Source of the DNA: Dicyema japonicum
Taxonomy: Eukaryota; Animalia; Dicyemida
Length of the DNA stretch: 64,000 nucleotides
NCBI GenBank assembly: GCA_011109175.1
Contig: RDEW01000034.1
Span: 517,556-581,555, forward strand
Direction of reading: 5' to 3'
Shown: positions 53,592 to 64,000 of the stretch, in pieces
Layout: each line of letters starts with the position of its first letter
Position numbering within the stretch: position 1 is the stretch's first letter
The notes under the pieces: generated by a model
Databases searched by the model: none
Seen by the model: the letters and a program-made list of their open reading frames with translations, nothing else
What the model was told of the DNA's origin: nothing
Program-made: the position numbers and the translations under genes

Positions 53592-55612
53592 TGTCGCGAG
53601 CGCTACTTGCAACTATGCGCTACCTGCAATATCGATTTTTTGAATTTTTTGAATCTATGAAAATTGTTCTTTTGGATTAAAATTCTAATTTTTAGTAATA
53701 TAAAATGTTAATTTTATTGTATAAAAATTAATATAAACTATTAATACTAATTTTGAATTGTTATGTCACGCTTGTCCCACGTTGTTGTGGTGCTTCGTTT
53801 GTGCTAATGCTTAGTCCATATTATTTTTGTATTGTCTTACATTTTCTTCATTAATATATTTTTACGCAAACCTATATTGTCAATGTAATTAACTAACCTC
53901 ATCTCCTTTCTCGAATGAGTATTTTGAGCAATGAACACCCATTTTTCTGTTCATTCTTTTGAAATAAGGGGAATATCATAAGAATTCGTGGAAGTGCTCT
54001 GAATGAAATATAAATATCCGTTTTATTAAGTCAAAGCAATCTCTCCTACTGGAATGATAATATTGGAATCCGCAGATAAAACCGTTATTCAAAAGAATAC
54101 CACATTATAAACAATCTGATAAAAAAACAAGGAAGTCACTTGGGAAGCAAATAGTCTGGAAGAGAAATATAGAGGAGAGAATATAAATAGGGACAAATCA
54201 AATAGTGAAGAATAATCCATATTTAAAGGATACCAAAATACAAAATATATATTAAATATTTTGATAACAGCCTTCAACTCTATTTGATGAATCCACTAAT
54301 ATATTAATGAAAAAATGTAAGACAATACAAAATAATATGGACTAAGGATTAGCACAAACAAAGCACCACAACAACGTGGGACAAGCGTGACATAACAATT
54401 CAAATTACTATTAATAGTTTATATTAATTTTATTATTTATTTATTTATTTTAATAACCCCGAAAAGGGAACACCAAGAAAGAAGGAGTAATCCAACTAAT
54501 TAAGTGATCCCGGTACGCCTCAACAGGATCGAGAGGTTTTTCCTGTATTCCTCCAGAGTACCCACGGCTTTCCTGAATAAACGACGATCATCTTTCATTA
54601 GGGTTTGAAGAGGAGTGGGGTTTTTCCCCAAATTTCGTGTATTTGAAGCCTTTAGCCTTGAATGGAAGAAACGACTTGTTTCTTGGCCACACAGACAGAT
54701 GAAGCCGGAGCCATTATTTTTGATTGCGGCGTGGTCAAGCATTGGAGGGAAAAGATCGGGGGTAGATTCGTTTGACGTGCTAGTTTTCCAATTAGGGTAT
54801 TGATCTTGAGTGAATTTGATATCGAAGCTCCATAGGCCCATGAGGCACAGGCGTACTCAATCGTCGGTTTTAGGAGTTGATTGAACACGACGAGGGCGCA
54901 TTCCTGTGAAGGTTTGGACTTCAAGAGCGGTTTGATAATATTAAGTTTCCTGAGACCCTTTGTCATAACGTTCTTCACATGTTGAGAAAATGACATCAAA
55001 GGGTCAAATGTCACTCCCAGGATAGTTGGACGAGTCTGTAGTGGTAAGGAGTCTCCAAAAATGTTCAAATCAAGTGTATGTTTTTCTTTTCTGTCCGTGG
55101 TGAAGATTGTATATGTTGATTTGTCCCTGGATCGGAGAGACGATTCAACTTCAACCAGGCTCCCAGGTCGTCAATATGTGACTGAAGCTCTGATTTTGCT
55201 GTACCCACGTATTTGTTCCTGCTAGCGATGATTAGGTCGTCAGCATAAGTGAGAAGCATTGAATCTGGTCCTCCAGGGCAGGGTAAATCGTTGAGGAACA
55301 AGTTGAATAATGCCGGAGAGAGGGGCGATCCTTGAGGACGCCATTTGGTAGGAGACGGGACCTCGATCTTGCGTGGCCTATACAGACACGTCCTCTTCTT
55401 CCGGAGAAAAAATTGGCTATCCATCTTTTCAAATCCGTCTGAATGGTGGTGTCAAAAACCTTCTTCGTGAGTAATAATTTATACAATAAAATTAACATTT
55501 TATATTACTAAAAATTAGAATTTTAATCCAAAAGAACAATTTTCATAGATTCAAAAAAATTCAAAAAATCGATATTGCAAGTAGCGCATAGTTGCAAGTA
55601 GCGCTCGCGACA
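53592..55612. mobile_element. Long-TIR MITE/foldback element (TIR of about 270 bp), right TIR interrupted by a LINE
   Basis: Left TIR 53592-53860 (TGTCGCGAGCGCTAC...). Right TIR is split into 54298-54433 and 55476-55612 (...GTAGCGCTCGCGACA). TA flanks each end. Confidence 0.88.
54435..55475 (-). mobile_element. 5'-truncated LINE (RRTGIT* subfamily) nested in the MITE
   Basis: WIANFFSGR, PQGSPLSPALFN, YADD, ILGVTFDP; tail TAATTAGTT...AAATAAAT. Confidence 0.92.
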
Positions 55613-56039
55613 TAAATAATAATAATATTTGCCAAGTTAATTATCGTTCCTTTGAGAAATGATTTTTATGAGTTTTCGTCAAGAAAAGAGAAGTATAATT
55701 GCAGTTAAAAATATGTTCCTTCCCATATTGGACAATTTTTTAATTAAAGAGATACACAAAGCTATCAATTCCATGAATTTTTGTCACCTTGAGTTCAAAT
55801 TGTTTTGGTATTTTAGACTCATTTAAGAACGTCACAAAGATATTAAGTCAAATAGGAATTTTCTTTTTAAAATGAAAAATAAACCATTCAGTCATAATTA
55901 ATTAGTTTTGTTCCACATCGAGGTTTTAGTCTTATCCATTTCTATGCCAAACCAAGTGTTCAAAAAACTGAGGATGTTTTAAATCTGAGGTAAAGTTATT
56001 TCCAACAGAGATCAGACTGTAATCTTATTAATAATTAAA

Positions 56040-56220
56040 TAATTTGTGTCCTTACTTGGAACAGTAATGACATCGTTCGCAGAAAGACCCTTTCTACAGT
56101 TGCGCCTAACAAAGTTAAAAAGAATTGGATTGACGGAAGACGATCAAGTACATCATTTCGACTAAGACTATATAATGCCCTTGTTTAACGTCGCTTCCTT
56201 TACGATTACGCCTGCCATAA
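56040..56220 (+). mobile_element. RTE fragment
   Basis: DIVRRKTLS...LRLYNALV. Confidence 0.65.
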
Positions 56221-56299
56221 CAGTTACAATGGTAAATAAGGTCAGTCAGGGCCACTGTATTAACAATTTATTTAATAAAGATAATAAAGTTCACTGACC

Positions 56300-56700
56300 C
56301 TGTTAAACAGAATTTGATCGCTGATCGCGAGCAGGAAAAATGATGGAAGAGAAAGGAGTTGGTTAATTGAACATATTTTAATGCAAATCGTCAGGGGAAC
56401 TCCGTTCTCGATTATGAGAGCAGCCAGTAACTGTTAACTGTTATTTTTGTCTTTTATTGATTCGATAAATTTAACAAAATAAAAAAAGATCAAATACTGT
56501 AACGTTTATTTTATTGTAACCGTAATAGCAAGTGACATTAAACCAGTCCTATTATATAATTCATCAACGTGGGCAATGTCAGAGTTGAGAACAAGGATGG
56601 ACTCATTTCATCCAAGGCAGCTGAGGACAATGCTCGGATTGAATTGGCAAAGAAAATAAACAAGAATGCTTTATATAATATTTGCTACACTAGTTCTTTA
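56300..56700 (+). mobile_element. CRE 3' end followed by RTE fragment (copy 1 of composite)
   Basis: SWLIEHILMQIVRG..IMRAASN*, then IKPVLLYNSSTW..MDSFHPRQLRTMLG. Confidence 0.75.
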
Positions 56701-56789
56701 GTGACCCGTGGTTGTGATAGTGGAGAAGACGATTGTCCAATCCTGTACAGATATGAATGTAAATTCAAGTGATTACTACACGTAGGCAT

Positions 56790-58545
56790 TCCAAATGAGT
56801 TGTATGTCCCAGGCAGTGAGTTCTATGTCTCAGCGTTTAACACTTGTCAAGGAATTGTAGACTTCCAGAGCACATATACTGATCCTTTATTAATTGAGTG
56901 TTCGATTAAATTGTTTATAGTCAAAAGCCCATTCGGTCATAGATTTTTTGATGATTTTGGCAAGACCATCGGCCCTCTTGCATTCGAGTTTGTTGTTAAT
57001 AAGTTAAGTAATTAGAGATTGCGGAATAATGAAAAAGTCTGTTGGCTTCAGAGCATACGGTCTCTTACAGCGAAGTCCTTTTGGGTAGGAAGATGGCTTA
57101 TCTTCGCATAATGGTACATTAATAAGTTGGCCTGGTCACAGAAAGATATGACACAATTTCTTTTCTCGAGAGACCACTTGAGTGGATTGAGGGTGCGTCT
57201 GTCTTGAATTTATATTCTTGATGGTTCTCCAAAAGATACGGGATCCAGTATAAGGATTTAGAGTAGAAATAAAGTCATTCCATTCATTTGTCATGTATTC
57301 TAGGATTAGGGGAAACGCGTTCTCGATTATGAGAGTAGCCAGTAATGTTAATTTTTGTCATTAATTGGCTTAAAAAATTTAAAAAAGATAAGTATTTTAT
57401 TGTAACCGTAAAGGTAAGTGGCATTAAACGAGTCCTATTATATAATTCAACAACGTAGGCAATGCCCAAGACTGAGGAACAAGAGATAGACTTCTTTCAT
57501 TCGAGGTAGCTGAGGACAATGCTCGTATTGAATTGGCCAAAGAAAATAAATTGTGTTTTATCTTCCGTGACGTTTATTGATTTCAGAAAGATATTAGAGT
57601 CCATCGATTTGGTTCTCCTGCGTTCTTTGAAAAGATTAATAATTTCAGAAAGGAAGTAGAGGTCACGATAGCGGCCATAAATTTTTTGTCCGCAGCAATT
57701 TGAAAGTTTGTGAAGAAATCGACAACATCATCAAAAGATCGTAAATAAGCATGAGAAAAGTCTTTGAGTAAACCTTCTGTCTTGTTTTTGTAAAAATTTT
57801 ACTTTCCAGGTTTATATTTTATATACGTCTTCGTGATCCTCCTCCTAATAGTTTGATGGTTGAAGGTAATTAAAATCAATTGGTGGACAATTAAGAGATC
57901 ATAAAGGACATCCCATTGAGCGTCGAGAGTAATATTTTGAAAACAGAGGGGAAGTATTAGAATGATCTGAACGTAGAGCACGACGAATATGTAGAACAGG
58001 ATTATTCAAAATATTAAATCTCTATCATTCAGAATTTGCACTTCACGGTTATCAGAATTGTTAAAGATAACCAGGGAGGACGATGAGCATTAGAATCACA
58101 ACATAAGATAGTTTTCAATATAAAAAGTGAAAGTAAGCTATAATTAGGAAGAAACGAAGAAATTGGTGAGATATATATATATATATGAAAATAGTGAAAC
58201 AGGACTTACTAGGATAGATGAGGATCCTCAGATATGAGAGATTTAATAAAAGTTGAAGAATCAGCAAAAAAAATAGAAATGTGTACAAGAATAAGTAAAT
58301 CACCTTCACTTGAACTGAAGGCGCGGTCGGAACGTAATACAGAATAGTTCTTGAATTGAGGAGTTTTGGATTTCTGTTTAGGTTTAGTTCTTGGATAAAG
58401 GTAATGTCCACACAATGATTGTGCAAGAAGTTACGTAAATCAATACATTTTTGGAAAGTCTGTTGATGTTCAACTGGACTATCTCTAACTTTCGATGAAA
58501 TGACACGGGTACAGGGTTAGGTTAACATCACATCTGATTAAAGAA
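56790..58545 (-). mobile_element. Degraded Ingi/Vingi-like LINE 5' half (2A remnant, APE, linker, RT start), interrupted at 57302-57550
   Basis: IVQLNINRL, DITFIQE, FWRTIKNI, ARGPDG. Confidence 0.8.
57302..57550 (+). mobile_element. CRE tail + RTE fragment composite (copy 2), inserted into a LINE
   Basis: Homologous to 56395-56660. Ends AAGAAAATAAA. Flanked by degenerate direct repeats at 57288-57301 and 57551-57563. Confidence 0.7.
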
Positions 58546-58684
58546 ATCTGGGAACGGTAGTTTGGCGCTCTCCCACCATCAATCAAACTATTTGGCAGTC
58601 GCTTGGTAAGGGAAATAAGTTGGATCTTCGCTATAAATGTAATCAGTTTTCTCCTCGAACAGGTGACCCACATGCAAAACAATT

Positions 58685-58810
58685 ATTATTATTATTATTC
58701 CCCCAGGATCACTGGGTCAAAGAGAAAGAAATAAAAGTTCTCATCTAACTAAGTGATCCCAGACCGACAAGGTGAGGACGAGTCCGGCGGGGTCGAGAAT
58801 CCTGAACAGC
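58685..58810 (-). mobile_element. About 125-bp 3' end of the 50.8-kb LINE subfamily
   Basis: Near-identical to 53470-53590, with (AAT)n tail. Confidence 0.9.
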
Positions 58811-59514
58811 TCTTCAGCAAAACAATAAGCATTTTAATAGTTTCTAACGCCTCATGGGTGAAACTTTAACTATTATGGTTTTACGTAGCTTTAATAATAA
58901 TTGACTATTTATGTGAAATGGGGCAGTGTAATAAGTGCCTGACCGTTCCGAGCTCTAATCTCGATGTCCACTTCAATTGAAGGTTTTACTTCAGGATGGT
59001 TCAGGGATTTACGTGTGACGCCGTCATAAGTGATTAATTGGTGCGGGACCGAATGTCTCTGGGACTCAAAAACAAGCAAAAAAACAATAAGTTGAGAACA
59101 CATTCGATCTCTTGGACTAATGAATTTCTTGATCTTCTGATATTCCTCATAACTTAATTAGCTTTTTAACACAAAAAGTCACCAAATGATCCACAGTCCT
59201 TTTTTTTCTTACAATGATTACATAATTATCAATAACACGAGAATGGGATGTATTGTAGATCATTCTAGTAAAGATTAAGTTAGAGTTACTTGGGAATAAT
59301 GTGCTTTGTTCTAGAGTTTTATAACCAAAAATACATACAGAATATAAAATAATATTATTTTTAGTGAAACAAAATTGAAATTATTGACTTTTGGATAAAC
59401 TTGTAGACAATTTAATTAGTAATATTGATTCTTTAAATTAATATAAGATTATCTCAAATATTCAACGAGATTATGTTTTATTGTTTTTTATAAAATATTT
59501 TTTTAACAATTAAA

Positions 59515-59890
59515 CAAATGTCAGTTGAGGAAGCCTGCTCCGTGGATTGCGAACGAGTTCCCTTGGAGTATGGCTATTCTAATTTTTTGTCTTAGCCATA
59601 ACCATTCTCGTAGATCCCTTTTCTTTCTGGCAAGCAATCCTCCGAGTTCTCGCAAGAACTCAGCCGTCATTGGACCAGCGGCTCCCGATGATTCGGTCGC
59701 AACAGGAGTAAATCGGTAGCGATCCCCGAGGCAAGAATATTTCTTGATTTTTAGGTTCTCCGCAGTCGAAGCAGCTGCTCCAGGTGTCTGAACCGATTTA
59801 AAAATATTCGTGCTTGAGAACGTGTCTACACAAGTTGCGTCCCAGACCAAAGATCTTCCAGACGTGAAAGGGAAAAGAACTTGTCTACAC
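59515..59890 (-). mobile_element. CRE-clade 3' fragment
   Basis: FPFTSGRSLVWDATCVDT, KIKKY, PVATESSG, LQGNS. Confidence 0.9.
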
Positions 59891-60050
59891 AAGTTGCATC
59901 CTGTTACAGTTGTATTATTATTTTTATTGTTTAAAATAATAATACAATTGTAAGAAAACAAATATACTTATATAGTAATTATTCCTAAATACAATATTTA
60001 TTGGAAAATGTGGTCGATCAAAAATTTCTAATGATTTTAATTAGTGTTAT

Positions 60051-60822
60051 TTGATTGAGAATTTGAGAGGTTTTACAATAAAAGTGGTTTTTATAATTAA
60101 TTTGAGAGGCTTTAATTCTATAATACAATTAATAGCTCAGACAACTCAAGAGTTAATGATTATTCCGTATTATAAATATAGTTTTACGAATATATTACAA
60201 ATGATAAATGACTATATTGGTGATGAATATAGAATATTATGGAATAATTCTAATGATACAAACATTAATACTTTTTACGAACAAATGACAATTCTGGTGG
60301 AGACTTTTAAAGATGAGAATCCTCCAGAGTAAGACTTGGTTATATTTGTAAGATCGGTGGATATGTCCCCTGAAATAAGCGAGATAATCAAACAAGATTT
60401 TGACAAGAGTTCATTCCAAGGCCCTAACAATTGGGATCCATTCAAGGGATTTGATTTCTTTCAGTCTATGAATCAACCAGTAAACTTAAAAATGAGAGAA
60501 TTTGAGTTGGAATCAAAAAATAATGAGGAATTTGAATCTTTACAACATCCCCCCATAACAATGGAACAAATTCACGACGGAAAATGCTTTCTCCTGTCAT
60601 AACTTTTATAATAAAGAAAGAAGAATGCCTAAAATCCTGCCAAAGTGTGAGCACACAATGTGTCACAGTTGTATTATTGAACAGCTCATAAAGACTGGAT
60701 GGACTATTACTTGCACATTTTGTGGTAAAATAACAGAACTTCCTCTTATTAATCGACTTAGTGTTCTCCGTTTTGACAATGTTGCATTAGAAACATCACT
60801 TTTGAAACAAAATTTAAATTAA
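60051..60822 (+). CDS. RING-HC finger protein, multi-exon; start uncertain
   Basis: CFL(C)HNFY...MPKILPKCEHTMCHSCI...TCTFC. A 1-nt frameshift near 60595 is needed for the first CxxC. Confidence 0.65.
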
Positions 60823-61059
60823 ACTTGCATTTTTATGCTTTCAAATGTTTTTATGCTTTCAAATGTTATTATTCTTTCAAAATGTTTTATTATAAGTCGG
60901 ATATTTAAAATATAATCACAGAAATGGCAGACTAATTTGTCACGTTCTGCAGACTAGGCCTTTTGAGTACAGTCCGAAACCATGACGTCCGTGATGTCTT
61001 CTCTTGTTGATTTTTTTGTTATCGTGATTATGTCGGTGGGGATCGTTATTATTATTAGC

Positions 61060-62470
61060 AATGTCCGCGGAACCAGAAAAGTTAACTAATTTGAGATTCC
61101 ACTTTTGCCATGCATCTCTGGACACTCGCTGTGAGTCATTTCCATCCTCCCTGTTTCTCGCATCCGCCCTCAGATCATCCAGACCCTCTCCTGTTTTCAG
61201 TTTTCTTCCTATGCAAGTGAGTTATTTGTCGACCTCAATACTTTGTTTTGTTTAATCGTTATAACTTTGTTATTGTTTTAATTTAATAATTTAATCTATA
61301 AATCTGCACCGATATTTCCATCAGACTTGGACTGAAGATTTGCCAGACCCACAAATGCCGGTGTGCTGGTACCGTCAAATGTTATGAACATCATGCCATT
61401 TCTTGTCGAAGAAGTGCAGGACGATCCCCAAGACATAAGGCGATCAACGGAATTGTTAAGCGAGCCCTGGAGTCTGCTGGATACCCACATATTTGAACCT
61501 GTCGGCTTATACAGAGGAAACGGAAAACGGCCTGACGGAATCACAATTTTTCCATTCGAGGAGGGGAAAATTTGGTATGGGATGCTAAGTGTGTCGACCC
61601 CCTTTGCTCATCCAACATTGTCGAGAGCGCAGTAGACACACTGTATGTCTTCGGAAAACACTTATTTATTTAATAACCCCGAAAAGGGAACACCACGAAA
61701 GAAGGAGTAAACCAACTAATTAAGTGATCCCGGTACGCCTCAACAGGATCGAGAAGTTTTTCCTATGTTCCTCCAGAGTACCCACGGATTTCCTGAATAG
61801 ACGACGATCATCTTTCACTAGAGTTTGAAGAGGAATGGCGTTTTCCCCAAATTTCGTGTATTTGAGGCCCCTAGCCTTGAATGGAAGAAACGACTTGTTT
61901 CTTGACCACACAGACCGATGAAGCCGGAGCCGTTATTTTTGATTGCGACGTGGTCAAGCATTGGGGGGAAAGATCGGGGGTAGATTTGTTAGACGTGCAA
62001 GTTTCCCTGTTAAGGAGTTGATCTTGTATGAATTGGATATTGAAGCTCCATAGGCCCATGAGGCACAAGCTTATCTACCGTCGGTTTTAGTTGATTGAAC
62101 AAGACGACAGCGCATTCCTGTGACGGCCTGGACTTTAAGAGCGGTTTGATTTTATTTAGTTTCCTGAGACCCTTTGTCGTAACGTTCTTCACATGTTGAG
62201 AAAATGTCTCGGAAAAAACAATGAGGGCAAAGAAGGAAGCGCTACGCGATCAATTCACGTTCTACCCCATAGTTGTTGGGACAACGAGGAATAAGTGAGA
62301 GATTGCTTCGTCTTTTAAAGAAACTTGGACGCCTAACTACGCTAAAAGCCACGACGCACATGAGACTCGGTGGTTTCTCAAGTTGAGTTCTGTTGCGATC
62401 GGGAGAGGCAACTCAACGTCGATTATGTGGCGTGGACCACTTTTGATTGATCTATAAATTCCAAAAATAG
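61060..62470 (+). mobile_element. CRE-clade element (post-RT + REL), interrupted at 61661-62205
   Basis: SLFLAS; CRC..HAISCRRSAG; GKRPDGITIFPFEEGK; resumes at 62206 with KKLGRL..RGNS. Close to the 19020 copy. Confidence 0.88.
61661..62205 (-). mobile_element. 5'-truncated RRTGIT* LINE nested in CRE
   Basis: Matches 54435-54990. TSD-like ATGTCT(T)CGGAAAA(AA)CA at 61645-61660 and 62204-62220. Confidence 0.9.
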
Positions 62471-62530
62471 TAACTATAATATCTGTGACCGGTTCTAAAG
62501 AGGTTAGGCTGAAAATGAGGCGCAAAATCT

Positions 62531-62597
62531 ATTTAACCGTTAAAGCCGGTTAACCATATGACCGAAAGTTAACGGTAACCGGTTTAGACGGTTAAAT
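62531..62597. repeat. Imperfect palindrome rich in AACCG/CGGTT
   Basis: ATTTAACCGT...ACGGTTAAAT outer arms with inner TAAAGCCGGTTA/TAACCGGTTTA. Confidence 0.7.
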
Positions 62598-62989
62598 ATG
62601 AGCCATTAAGTCGCGAAACTTAACAAAGCATTATTACTATCATTTAGACAGCAAAACAATCGCGATAGACAGGCAGACAGATGATTTTATTAACATAACT
62701 CGTTACTAATTAAAAACTAAGTGAATAAAGAGAAGCCAATGAGTTTGTCCTAGTTGGCATGGTCTGGTATAACGAGATACCATGTGTGAAATTGTAGAAG
62801 CGATTTCAACATCGCGGTAGCTTTTTCCTTCTGTTCCTGATGTAACCTATAAAAGAACACTTCAAATTCACACAAACACCGAGATATTGCAATTGATCCA
62901 TACATTTGATTGCTATTAACGATAATTTTTGATTTATTTCTGTTGTTGATAATCTAGGAAACATTACATTTTTCTAGAGATAAGGATAT

Positions 62990-64000
62990 ATTTTATATCG
63001 GCACCAACATTTAATTTTTCAAATATGATTTGAAACTCGTTTCCAAGAAATGGAATGTCCCAATCACGCTACTCGCTACTCGTTGTGGTGCTAAGAAGAA
63101 AGAAGAGAAAAAGAAAGGAAAATCAGAAAATGACATGCAGAAAACTAATCAGGCCAAGTCTGACTCTGTTCACTGTCCATCTATGGATCACGTTACATTC
63201 GAAGAAATACAACTTTTACCTGCGAGATCAAAAGAGCAGTGCGTGTCTTGTGGATATTCAACGCGAGGAAGTACGGGTTGAATTGCACATCTTGGGAGAT
63301 TTTTCCACTTCGGTGTGTCCGAATGTTGAAATTGGCTGCGAGATCTCTATACAAATGGGACTGCGCATACTGTATGTATGCCGACCCCGCTCGGTGCCGT
63401 CATCCAACTGAATTCAGTCATCTCTCTTATTCTGGAAAAATCGAACCCTTTTTGCTACGCATATCCGAGAGTCGGATAGCTAGAAGGATTCCACTGAGGA
63501 TACCAAAGGCCGCTCGAATTCCCGCTGCTGAATGCCTTCACATCATTAATTTATAAAGCCATCAACACCAGCGACCAGGCTTTTGATATGTCTACTGAGC
63601 TTTGCACTTATGACCCTAGGAATTTCTGCCTCAGAGCAAGCTCGCAACAGATCACTGGCCTAAAAAATCAAGAATACTTTTGTCTTTTTGGCTACTTCAA
63701 CGCAGCAAGACTCAGGAATCGAGCCTGAGCAAGTACTTCGGCGTAAACAGTTGTCTACAGAAGCTGGGTGTAAACAGGAAGATTCTAAAACATTTCAAGA
63801 GAGAGTGAACCAAAAACTGATGGAGTTGTTGAGAAAAAAGCACCCTGCTCCACCAGCGGAACTTGACAATGCCAGAAGACCGCCCGGCATTTACTTTCAT
63901 GGAATTTGAAGTAGTGCGTGGAATAAAGTCTTTTGCTCCCAGCAGCTGCGGAGGTCTGGACGGACTGCGTCCAAGCCATGTAAAGGACTTAACCTCCGAA
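62990..64000 (+). mobile_element. CRE-clade element 5' part (PHD remnant + start of RT); runs off the window
   Basis: CVSC..KYGLNC..RC..KWDCAYC; IPLRIPKAARIPAAECL; LRKKHPAPP; SSCGGLDGLRPSHVKDL. Confidence 0.85.

Overview
This is a eukaryotic, AT-rich window using the standard genetic code. It has two compartments. (1) Compact host genes broken by GT-AG micro-introns of about 21-29 nt, which the ORF track cannot see across: FHOD-type formin, VPS41, FAM32A, TBC1D2-like, IQUB, VPS52, TRIT1, metaxin-2, MMAA, a RING protein, and a 9-exon orphan membrane/secreted protein. (2) Dense, mostly decayed and nested transposons filling the intergenic space: Ingi/Vingi-like single-ORF LINEs, jockey/I-like two-ORF LINEs, RTE, CRE-clade REL-endonuclease elements, a Buster/Charlie hAT remnant, an integrase remnant, a long-TIR MITE and tRNA-derived SINE heads. 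FHOD and TBC1D2 (animal-type families), IQUB (motile cilia) and the tiny introns suggest a ciliated, genome-reduced metazoan such as a dicyemid; this is inference only. The strongest leads are an HDV-like ribozyme fold at the 5' end of a PHD-finger CRE element that has lost its RT, degenerate 2A StopGo peptides fused in front of the APE domain of the Ingi-like LINEs, an apparent 3'-transduced CRE/RTE unit, and overlapping convergent MTX2/MMAA coding ends. Family assignments come from motif recognition by eye with no database search. TE boundaries are approximate (tens of bp).
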